A DNA stretch of 63,881 nucleotides, the filler included, from Intoshia linei (lineage: Eukaryota > Animalia > Orthonectida), in assembly GCA_001642005.1 (NCBI GenBank). It is 5 parts of 5 records of this genome, joined end to end, with 100 filler letters (N's around TTAATTAATTAA, not from the genome) between each part and the next. Parts side by side here need not be neighbours in the genome. Positions count along the whole stretch, not along the records: positions 1 to 26,268 come from LWCA01000476.1; 4 more parts are not named here. One strand, 5' to 3'. Positions 1 to 11,900 of the stretch are shown piece after piece. Every line of letters starts with the position of its first letter. Positions within the stretch are counted from its first letter, which is position 1. The translations under genes were made by a program, and so were the position numbers. A model generated the notes under the pieces. It saw only the letters and a program-made list of their open reading frames with translations, was not told the DNA's origin and ran no database searches.

Positions 1-639
1 CCCCAATTATCTAAAATTTTCGTATTCACCCACTATTATAATATTTACCCCTTGGCGTGATAAGTCACCCCTATGAAAAGCACTGCTGTATTTGATTAAA
101 TTTTATTTAGACAGATGTCGAACAGTAAATACTTCCCCACCTCTGCCTAGCCACTTTTCAGAGTGCCTAGAGTTGACAATTTAAATTGGACACGCAAAAC
201 AGTTATAATATTGATGTTTTTATTATTATTATAAATTCTAGATTTGGAAAATGTGGGGCGAGATAGTGTATCGATACACGGGCTGCAAAGAGGGTTAGGG
301 CCGCATAACGATCTACTATTCTAATTTTTTTTGAGTTTAGCAGGGTATCTCTGAACAAATAATAGTGAATCCAATTTTTTTTAATATTCGTATATAGGGG
401 CATCGCAAGACCGTGAACAGGGTCTAGGAACGACGTGACCCGGCTCTATAATCTTGAAGGGCCTAATTTTGTTGGAAAATTTCTTAATTACGTTTACATA
501 TCAAAATTATTTACTGTCTTCATTTTTACGATGCCAATGCGATTTTCAACGGTTATTTATAAATTTTAGATAATTAACGATCGATGAAGCAATGTATAAA
601 GGTCCAATTTTTTAAAAAATTTTATGGGCCTACTGTTGG

Positions 640-905
640 TTCTGCACGGCCCTGGGGTAGAGTCGAACCTACCATGGACGAGGTCACCCAAAAATGAAAA
701 ATAGGCCAATGGGTAAATTTTTACAAGCAATGCGTACAACCATATTGTCCCTAGCAACCTTTTTACGGGTCTGGAATTGACATAAATTTTTACATAAAAA
801 ACTTAGTTATGATATTCAAAAATATAATTTTTTAAATGCTGAATTTGGAAAAATAATTCCCCATTTTGTAAAAATTCGTTAAAGGTTCGGTTCTAGCCCT
901 AAGCG
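640..905 (+). repeat. Dispersed repeat family B (~270 bp), one copy
   Basis: Shares CCRAAAxTGAAAAATAGRCC, AGTTATGATATTCAA and CCCCATTTTGTAAAAA-like blocks with copies at ~1860-2140, ~11495-11780, ~20895-21075(-) and ~41790-41960(-). Confidence 0.55.
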
Positions 906-987
906 CTGAATAAAAGTCAAATGTGTCTTCCAAGGATTCTTATTGTAGAAATATTATTTATATTTAATCGACGTCCATTCTCTAGAG

Positions 988-1416
988 CAGGGTGCACAAA
1001 TTGCGGCCTTACGGCCACATGCGGCCGTAAGAGCGTTTATGTGCGGCAGTGGGCAATCCATGCCATTATAATGTAATATATCATTTTACTTCAAATTCAA
1101 GGGAAATATTTTTATCAAAATTGATTCAAACTCTTTCATTATTAAATTAAATTTTGTGCGGCCGTAGTATCAATGAGTAAAGTAGCTTTGCGGCTGAACC
1201 TTTCCACCAATTCAACCGCAAAGCTACTTTACTCAGTGATACTACGGCCACAAAATTTTCTCTGATATTGAGAAAGTGGCGAAAGTCAAAAATGTAACTT
1301 TTTGATACAAATATTGAATAAAATCTGATTTAAACATTTCAATTAATTAAAATAATTTATTGCATTATGATCAGTGATCACATGAACTTCCCACGGCCGT
1401 AAATTGTGCACCCCTT
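988..1416. mobile_element. hAT (Buster-type) MITE with long internal hairpin
   Basis: TIRs CAGGGTGCACAAATTGCGGCC ... GGCCGTAAATTGTGCACCCCTT; degenerate 8-bp TSD CTCTAGAG/CTCTAAAT with central TA; partial second copy at ~42130-42400. Confidence 0.75.
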
Positions 1417-4370
1417 CTCTAAATCGTTATTTATTTGAACGATGTATTGTTGGAGCAATACATCTTAAAGCGACATAATCATCCATTTTACTAATTTATC
1501 ATATTACTGATTTTTTCATGAATTTTTTGTGGGTTTCATTAGGGAAAATTTTTTCATCCAATTTTTAAAGATCCCTTAAAACCCTACCAAATTTTGATCC
1601 TAAATTATCTTCAAATTTTTTCCTTAACCCTTTAGTGCTCGAGTTTTTTAAAATGTAACATTTTAACTTACAAAAATTTGGTCAAAAAATCAATAATATG
1701 ATTAATAGCAAAATCTATGTTTATGTCAATCTAACATCATAAATTGTTTAATTTTTTAAATATTTTTGAAACCCCTGTGAGAGTTATACTGAATTTGGAT
1801 TGCATATGCTAATGATTAAATTTATGAAAATTATGCAGATATGTCTTCATTACTAGCATAGACAAACCTGCCCATCACGAACCATGACGAGGCCACCGAA
1901 AATGAAAAATAGGCCCCTAAAAATTAAAAAATGATGCGTAGGGTGATATATCCCCTAGTAATCCATACAAGGCACTTGTCTGACATTTTAAATTAAACAC
2001 GCAATTGAAAACAGTTGATTTTCAGGAATAAGACTTTTTTAATGTTAAATTTGAGAAAATTAGACCGTTTTACAAAAATTTTGAGATCGAGATACCCAAG
2101 TGGGGTCTCAGTACGGTCCTAACAGATTATTACCAAAACTACACTTTTCTAAATCTTTTTTAAAATTCACTCATCCATAAAGTAACGAAAAGTTTTTTAA
2201 AGTTAATGACTAAATAATTGTCTCTGTGTCGGTAACAATATTTAAAAGTACTTACTCGCTATTTATAGACTACAAACTTAAAAGGTGATAGGAAAGCAAA
2301 AAATAAATGAAAAATATTGCTAAACAAGTGAAAATTGTTACATGGGTTATAAAATCAAAAATTGTAGCAATTAGAGTGGGAAGATGAAACCGATTAAAAT
2401 ATAAAGTGCAATTTACAATAATATAAAATTACCTTTACGTGTTAGAATGTGTGATTTCATTTGAATTTTGCAACGGTTCAATTTGAGATTTCACTGTTGT
2501 CTAATAAATGAATGTGAAATATTAACTTGTTAATTACGGATAAATAAATTAAATGTTTGAAAAAACATAATCAATTAAGTGACTTAGAAATAACAAAATT
2601 AATAGGAGGAGCTTAGTGAACGCGTTGATATAATAATGAATTTATAGTTGACTGATTATTAGTAAGTAAATTGATGACTACGACAAGTAGTACTATGCGT
2701 AATGTTTACACTCGTATTTACTTCTCAACTATAGTAAATGTGATTTAAATGTCCAACTTAACACATACAATGTAATTATAATTGTATCAATACCAAAGAG
2801 TTAAATTCTCATGCGTCACGACGGGATACAATTGTCTACTTGAGGAAGAAATTTTGACATATAAACCCAATTTGCACCAATATATGAATGTAAAATATTA
2901 GTAGTGTGACACTATGAATTACGAGATTTATGAAATATTACCGTCTATAAAATGTGGGTAATTGACACTTGAATTGTAAAACATGTCTGAATATTGATAT
3001 AATAATCTTGCATGGATTTGATTAGTTATTTAATGGTATTGTTTTGAATTTACAATACTTGATACCCCGCCGACGTTTAAATTATTACTGAAAACACAAT
3101 TGTAAAGTTATTTCATATATAAAAACATGCACTCATTGACACTTAATTAGCTACATTAAAATTCAAAAGTTGTTCGATTTGTATTATAATTTATAAATTA
3201 CCTAATTTAGTGGACAAATTTGGAGACTTGGAATGTATTGCTAACAATGGTAAAAGTTGAAATATTAAGTTCTTGAAAATCAAATACTATATTGAATTAG
3301 TCAAGTTTAATGTTGTATTATTTTGAATGTAATTGAAATACAATGAGTGCTCTATAAAAGATAATTTATATTACAAAGTACAATATTTGTACAAAATGCT
3401 CCTGCGATATAAATTGAAAGTAGTGTCATTTTAATATATACAACTCCAAAACACATTAATTATCGATTCAAAGTAGATTACATTAATGAAATGAAAGAAT
3501 TATATTTGAAACTACTGAAATACAATAACTCAATATTTCTTTTAAATTATTGATTGGCATTTAAACTCGTTTCAATTTGTAAATTTTAATAATTACTAAT
3601 CGATAATTGCGTATATGCATTCTCTATTTACAAATAAAACAAAGATAGTATCCATTATTCCATTTAATAATGTGCACTATTGATCATTTATTTGTGCCTA
3701 TGTTTTCATTCACAGTGTTATCGATCTATTATGTCAGTCTCACCATATTATCCGATTAATTGTTTCAAATGTAATCTCTTATTAGCAATTATACTAATAC
3801 CGTCTGTTAAATCTCAATATATTGATTAAATTGTCAATGCTAGTAGTAGCATACAATGTTTAATTTTTCAATTAAATATTTGTCCATTTGATAGTGTATA
3901 TTTGATTAGATATGTGTTTATTCATAAATTGTTTATACTAGAATAAAAGCTATTCATATAGCTTTAGTAGTGTTTTAGTATTTTTATTAATTATACACAA
4001 AACATATCCATTATATCGAGAAATTAACTTAAATCTTTCATTTTTGATTATTATTATTATAAGTTATTATTAGAATAACTGTATTACCGTAACTTATTCT
4101 AAACAAGTCAAACTAGTTTGAATAGAGTTAACATAAGTAAATATATGAAATTTAAAATAACTTATAGCTAATTAATATACGTAGATGTATAATATATATG
4201 CTGACTACATTCAAGGCCGCGGAGAGCCAATAGTGGCCAGGTTAGATGAAAATTATAGGACTTTTTCATTTTTTGAAAAAGGGTAATCTGTGGTTTTGAC
4301 CTTAAATACAATTTTATGAGTTTATTTTCATATATGATAATGTTTGATTTTAAAAACTATTCCACAATTT

Positions 4371-5060
4371 ATCCTTACTTATATAATATTATTAAATATG
4401 CTTTGAAATACATTTGTATTTGTTTGTCTGTGTGTTTATTTCAATAAGATAACCATAACCAATAACCAGTCTAAAAATTTAATAAAGTCCACATTTCTAT
4501 TACAGTTTTTTCCGGGGGTGTTAGCAAAATAAATTTCAACCTCCCAAACTCACATCTTACGGGTCAAAAAGCCCAATTGTTCTTTTTTTGAAAATCAAAC
4601 GAGTTCGAGAATTTAAAAAAATACATACTCTGATACCGATTTAAAAATCATAAATATTACCGTAAATTTAAATTTAAAAAAATATATTTTCAAAGCCAAC
4701 CCCAAAATTACCCCTAGAATTTAAAATTTACAGGTAATACAGTTGTATCCTGTTAACACACACAAAAATATCAATCTGAATAAGTGACGCCTTCACGGTC
4801 AAAAAAGCATTTTAGTATTCATATACTTTTTTCCCGAAATATTTTATTAAAACAAAAAATGTGAAATAATTAACAGTCCAAAAATTAAAAAAAAGAAGAT
4901 TATTCTGATAGAGCTTATTCCAGTTGATATAAATCAAAAGTTTAACCTGAGAAATCTACGCATTCCCGATGAAAAATAATTTTTAATATATTATGAACCA
5001 ATTTTCAATAAAGAAATATGAGTGAAAATCTATATAATTCATTCCTTGGGAATTTTTTTA
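4371..5060 (+). mobile_element. Non-autonomous Helitron-like element, family A
   Basis: 5' end ATCCTTACTTATATAATA...TGTTTGTCTGTGTG; near-identical to the 10071 and 16610 copies (TTTCCGGGGGTGTTAGCAAAATAAATTTCAACCTCCCAAACTCACATCTTACGGGTCAAAAAGCCC). Confidence 0.65.
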
Positions 5061-8000
5061 ATGGGAAACCAACAATTTTAAGGAAAAATCCATGCTACCA
5101 ATATTTTTTTGAAAAATTCCTCTATCTGATCCCAAAAGAAAAATCTTAATTTTCCAACCATCGAGAAAAAAAACGGCTTTGATAAATATTTTTTTAAAAA
5201 TCCCATATGAAAAAAAAAAATAAATTCGTACCCGATAATAATTTAAATTTAGTGTAACTATGACACCTTATTTATTCAAAAATGTTAAAACTACTTGACC
5301 CAAAATGGATACCTAAAAAATCGTTAATGATTGAACTGACGAATTAGGAACGTAACTATATTTAATATACAACTTTAAAATCACAGAGACTATCAAATAA
5401 ACGTAAATACATAAGGAACTAAGTATATTACAAATTAATTTTATTTTCAATTATTTTTGGAAATTTAAAAAATATCTATAATTTATGAGTCATAGTATCA
5501 GATTAGCTGGTTCCCTAAAATAAATTCTGGGACCCCTAGGAGTCCCAGTATCTTCATTTTGGAACAGCTGTACTATAATAAATGAATTTGTCATAAAAAG
5601 TAATATTTTTTTGGTGAAATGTCATAATTTTATCTAATATCTATGAACACATTTATGGTGTGAAATTCCTAATCAATGATTATTTTAAGATTATTAAAAA
5701 AGTCAGTTTAATAAAATTTAATATTTTAAATGTATACCTGTACAATGTACATTTAATTTTTTTTTAAGAAATTCAAAAACATACCTAGTAGATTAGATGT
5801 AATTTAAAAAAAACAACCCGATGACTAATTCTGAAAAATACTCATTAACGACTCAGCGTTGATAAATTATGTAATTAATAAAAATATTAGCAAATTTAAG
5901 TTTATTTTCATAAATAATTTAGTTTTAATAATTATTTTATTTATAATTTCATTGTTTGCAAGCCGTTAATTAACAAAATTGGTTTATAGAATTTTCTAGA
6001 TTAGTCAGATTATGTTTTGGCTCAAATTCAATATTAATGAATTGATTTAAAAATGAGACTTAAGCGTAGCTTAGTCAATTTACGTTAATTTTAATTTAAC
6101 AATTTAAATTAGTTTGATTAATATAGCAAATCAAACTAACAAGGTTTACATTATATCACAAAAAAAATTATACATATATGAACTACATTATTTAAAAAAA
6201 ACTTTTCTAAAGTTGAGGGTGTCCCCTAAAATTATTATAGTGATATTTTCCATTTTGATGAATTAATCCTATAGAATAGTTAAATTTGTATGTATTGTGG
6301 AATTGCCATCAAAAAATAATAATTATACAGCGCTGAAACAGCGAATCAAAGTTTAAGGTTTTTGATATATTTTTTTAAAAAACAAACAAAACATTTACGT
6401 TTCGTCGATTTATTCAAAAACTACCTTTAGATGTTTGTAATGATATATTTCATTCTTAAAATCTTAAAATTCTCTTTCATGATATTAATTTTGTCTGAGT
6501 TTTCGATAAAAAGTTGGAAATTGTCTATTAGTTTCATTAAAAAAGTAATAAACGTATTTTGATTATACGTAAAACTTAATTTGAAATAATTTCATTAATT
6601 GCGAATTAATTTGAAAAATTATAAATGGTTTTTATCTTATCTTAAGCCTACATGTCGCAACAGTCCCAGAAAGTTAAAAACACCAATTTCAAGTCAGTTT
6701 TTTTCTGTTACAGCCAATAAGACAGATTTCACTTAGAAATTTGCATCTTACGGTAAGAAAAAAACAAAATTTACTCCCGTTTTTGAAAAATAACAATTTA
6801 AATATTATTCATATGCTAATTATCTACACGACACTCCATTCCTTACAGATCACTAGACCTGACCTGACATCAGTTTTTGCTGTTTTTAATCCGACAAACT
6901 TTGAACCATTGCATTTATTGCATTGCATAAAATTGTTACGCGTGCCAACAAAAAACATCTTGAACCTAATTACTTGATCATATATAGCCCGAAAACATAC
7001 GACTGATAATTTACGCCTAAAGATTACTTGACAACAATGAACAATGTTCATTGAACATTTTTATGTCTACATTGCTGTTATTAACAGTGATAATTAATTT
7101 AATTTAAGTACAATTATATCACGTCAAAAAATGTAATTTTATATTTTGTAAATTAGTGTTATAATTAATATTGTTTTGTAATATATTAAAATAATTTAAT
7201 AATCTCAATACTTATACACAATTATAAAGTAGAAAAGTGTTATTTTAACAGTTTATATATGAATTAAATGATATATATGAACTATAAGTAATGTCTATTG
7301 AATTTATGCAAAAAGAATCCACTCACTAGGTATTTTTAACCTTTCAATGGATTTTCACTTTACATTGAATAAACTTTAAATAATAAATTAAATTTATGGG
7401 TTAACACATTGTTTTAATGCATATGTATACAACAAAACTTTAAATACTCAAATACTTTTATTGAAAAGCAATAATATTCAAGTATATATCGAGTTAAAAT
7501 ATTTAACTATAGTCACTTTCATAATTTTTTAATTTATAAAATTATGTCAACATTGATAAATTACACTGAATATACAGTATAATATAAAAACTAAATAATG
7601 AATACCTACTACATAATGTATAACAAATTATTAAAATGATATGATATTAAACTGTTAATGATATTGTACGTAAATTAATAATGAAATTTTAAGTTTACAA
7701 ATGCGAATAATAAAAATACCTAATAATCAATCAGATTTAGAAATATAGACAAAAAAAGTACATCAATGGCAATACCAAATTGAATCAAAATGAGAATAAT
7801 TCGACATTTGAACGGCATCCAAAATTTTAAATTTTGTAACATGTATTAAAACAATAAAAATGATATTGAAAGATTTGAAAACATTGATAAAGAATTAAAA
7901 GTATATTTAAAGTGTATCACATTTATTAACATTGGAACTGGATAATGTATGCTAGATCCGAGACAATCCATATAGTGCAATAAGATATAAAAATTGATAC

Positions 8001-8199
8001 AAATAAATCAATAGTGTCATATTATTAAATGTTTAATATCTAATGTAAAGTAGTTAAATTATCTACACCACACTGCCATTTTCCAAAGTTTTAAATGTAA
8101 ACTAATTAAAATGCGGTATTAGTCTCGCAAATTTCATAGGTATATTAATTTAAAAATCGATAATGCGTACAGTATAATGGAATAAAGTTGATATAACAT

Positions 8200-8697
8200 T
8201 TATTTGCCATTTTGATTGTTTATATTTGATTTTTCTTGTAGTGCTTTGAATTTTTCAATTGACAGCTGATGTTTCTTTTGCTCTTCTTCATTCTTTTTTA
8301 ATTTATCGTCCAATATTAATCTAATTTATTATATTATAGTTTTATTAACAGTAAATCAAATTACATGTTGTTTTTAATGTGAGATATTCTTTGATTTACA
8401 GTTAGTTTAGCTTCACCGAGTTCTACACGTGTTAAAATGGGCCCTACCATATGAAAAACTTTGTTAGATTCTACCAATCTTTCCAATTCCTGAAAAAATT
8501 AAATTTTTAATTTTTTACTTTTAATGTTACCTGAATTACATTTACATTTTCGTTCAATTGAGTATCGAATTTTTGTCGGTTTGCTACGTGAACATTTGTT
8601 TCTACATTTTTTAGATAAGTTTATGTTATTTACCTCTTTGAAGGGAATTTAATTGTTTGGCATGATTTTCCATACTTAATTTCATTTCAGGATCCAT
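8200..8697 (-). CDS. PFDN6: Prefoldin subunit 6 (beta type), 4 exons
   Basis: Spliced product MDPEMKLSMENHAKQLNSLQRETNVHVANRQKFDTQLNENVNVIQELERLVESNKVFHMVGPILTRVELGEAKLTVNQRISHIKNN...; GT-AG introns 8602-8633, 8490-8530, 8321-8364. Confidence 0.9.
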
Positions 8698-8918
8698 TTT
8701 TAAGTACACTTTATTTTTTGAAACTAACTTTATTTTTAAATCGACTAGAAACTCTTGTTTGTAAATTTTATTGTACACTTTGTTTGATTCCATTTTACAT
8801 TTCTTAGACTATAGTGACCAGACACTACTATAGTCTCATTCTACCATTCCATAAAAATTTTAATTATATTATTTGATGCAAGATTATCAAAGTAAATCTA
8901 AAAAGTGAATGAATATTT

Positions 8919-11900
8919 TTATTTTAATTTACAAATATTAAGATATATTTGTGAGTATACATTCATTGAATTTATAAATCCATCTACCATCGAAGCAAGT
9001 CGTGTATTTTTGTCCAATTAACTGGTACCCATTTAAGCATTCATATTTGCCTTTGGTATTATGCTGTCTCGAATAAAATCGAACTATTCCATTTTTCACT
9101 GTAGGGGGGTTCTTTTTGCATGTTTCTTTAGAAAAATTATTAATTTAGTTAACGGTGTTAAATTTCATTTTTATGTGATTTTAAAGTGAAAATTTCCAAA
9201 TTTTAAAAAGTATGTGGAATTTTTAGGAAAGATTTTATTATAAAATTTTTAAGATAATTTAAAATTTTTACAAGATTTTGATGGATTTTCAGGAATAAAT
9301 ATTTTTTATACATGTATGATTTTAAAGATAAATGATATAAAGTACTGTATAAAATATTACTTGGTACACAAGTAAAATTTTTTGAGAGTAAACCATCTTT
9401 ACAGACAATATTATTTTGTCCAATTAATTGATATCCAGCCATACAGTTTATTTTGTAATATTGTAAATGTTTTAAAAAATTTTCAATAGGATTAAAATTT
9501 AAATAAGTGTTTGGGTATTTTTTTATATAGCAGTTTACTAAATAAATTATTATAAATAAATACATAAGATTGGCCCACGGACCAGTAAAAGGTCGACGAA
9601 TCAACTTATCAAAATTTTATTTAAACAAAGAAAATATTTAGACATGGAATTATACTTTTTTTGTAAAGATATGTCAATGTAAAATTTCAAACTTTCAAAT
9701 TAACAAATATGTAAACTACAATAAAAAATTTCAAATATACAATAACAAATCTTTAAATTTTGTGACCATTTTCCATTGCTTAAACATATCGATTTACTCG
9801 ATATATTTTCTGATGAAGAGAAGCTACTGTTTTGATAGCATCTAAATTAATATAATTTAATAATCCTAATTCGACTGCATATTATGTATTGATTTTTTTT
9901 ATAATAATACGTTATGATTCATACCTATAATGAATAATTGACGCATAGTAGGTACTAAAATTATTCGAAATGTAACCATTCACAATTTTTGGTGGATTTC
10001 CACAATTTTTGTCTAATTTAATAATTTACAAATTTAGTATACTTGATTATCCATGCTACATTATCCATCCATCCTTACTTATATAATATGCTTTGTTTGT
10101 CTGTGTGTGTCTTATCGTTTATTTCAATAACTACCAGTCTTAAAATTTATAAAGTCCACGTTTCCATAACAATTGTTTCCGGGGGTGTTAGCAAAATAAA
10201 TTTCAACCTCCCAAACTCACATCTTACGGATCAAAAAGCCCAATTGTTCTTTTTTTGACAATCAAACGAGTTCTAGAATTTAAAAAAAAATATACTCCGA
10301 TACAGATTTTAATCTCATAAATATTGTCATAAATTTAAATTTAAAAAAATATATCTTCATGGCCAAAACCCCAAATTACTCTTTTTTTTTAATTAAAACA
10401 GCCCTAAAATTTAAAAAAATTTACACGTGGTACAGTTGTATCTTGTTAACACACAAAAAATTTTTCAATCTAAATAAGTGACGCCTTCACGGTAAAAAAA
10501 GCATTTTAATATTGATATATATTTTTCCGAAATATTTTATGTACCAAAACAAAACAAAAAATGTGAAATAACTAACGATTCGAAAATTCAAAAAAAAATT
10601 ATTCTGATAGAGCTTATTCAGTTGATATAAATACTAAAGTTCAACCCGAGAAATTTACGCATTCCCGATGAAAAATAATTTTTAATATATTATCTACCAA
10701 TATTGATCCTACAATTTCAAAAAAATGTGCATTGAACATCTATACATTTCCAATAAAGAAATATGGATGAAAATCTATATAATTCATCTCTTGAGATTTT
10801 TTTCATTGCTACAAAATTTTTCAATCTCAAATTCTCATTTTAAAACATTTTGTTTACATTAAAGTTAAAATTTAAATTAAAACTGCAACAACGAATTACT
10901 AAAAATAATACAAGTTTGTTATTATCATTTTTGTATTTATTAATTATGATATGATAAAATTAAATAGTGAATGAAAAAATAAACGAATGAAATTCATAAA
11001 AAGTGAAATAAGAACATTAATGGTGATTTTTGACAATGAACGATACTCTCCTAACAAACCAGTCAAATTTTTTATTTCTTAACACAAAGTAAATTGTAAA
11101 TAATGCAATTTAAGACGGCTTTCATGCGATTGATTATTCACATTTTGGCAGGTACTTTAACACAAGAACCCCGAAGAAAGAAAATTAAAAAAAATACGAC
11201 ACTTAGTCTTCCCAGGCGGTCACCCATCCAAGTACTAACCAAGCCCGAAGATGCTTAACTTCTGTGATCGGACGAGAACAGGTGTTTCCATCTTGGTATG
11301 GCCGTATTAACATACGTAATTTACTTATCTATATCAATATCAATATCAATATTTTTAATAATAATTATAATCGAAAAAGAATCTCATGATAGGATAAATT
11401 GAACTTAATTTTACTACAAAATCGATGCCATTTTAAGTGTTCTAGTATATGATCATACTGTTGATTATTACCATTATTTTTTTAATAACAAAAGACCACA
11501 AGGCAAAGCCAAATCTACCTAGACCGAGTCAACCGAAATTGAAAAATAGACCCAAAAAAATTACTAAACTAAGCGTATAACCCTATCCACCTCTCCAAAA
11601 CTTTTGACTTAACATTTTTAGCATAGCACTAAATAGTTATGATATTCAAGAGTATAATTTTTGTAATGCTCAATTTTGATAGATGAGGCCCCATTTTGAT
11701 TACATTACAAAGATTTTGTCGAGGTTTCCGAAGAGGACTATCGGAGTACAGTAGGTTCGGCACAGTCACAGACTACATAGAATTAAACCAATTAAATAAA
11801 TTAAACTGTTTGAGATTGTTTAACTTGAAAGTCGATCTTATATCCAAAAATTCTATTCTAGGCTTAATTTTTTATTGCTTTTACACGTAATAATACATTT

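Noticed and set aside
648-706. Minus-strand GTAGGTTCGACTCTACC, T-arm/B-box-like
   Set aside because: No D-arm, A-box or anticodon arm; not conserved in other family B copies
3229-3250. TGGAATGTA miR-1-like seed (also TAATACTG miR-8-like at ~32501)
   Set aside because: No complementary star arm; chance matches in AT-rich DNA
11020-11190. Possible spliced-leader RNA next to the 5S gene
   Set aside because: A CAG|GTAC donor exists, but there is no downstream Sm site or stem-loop pattern
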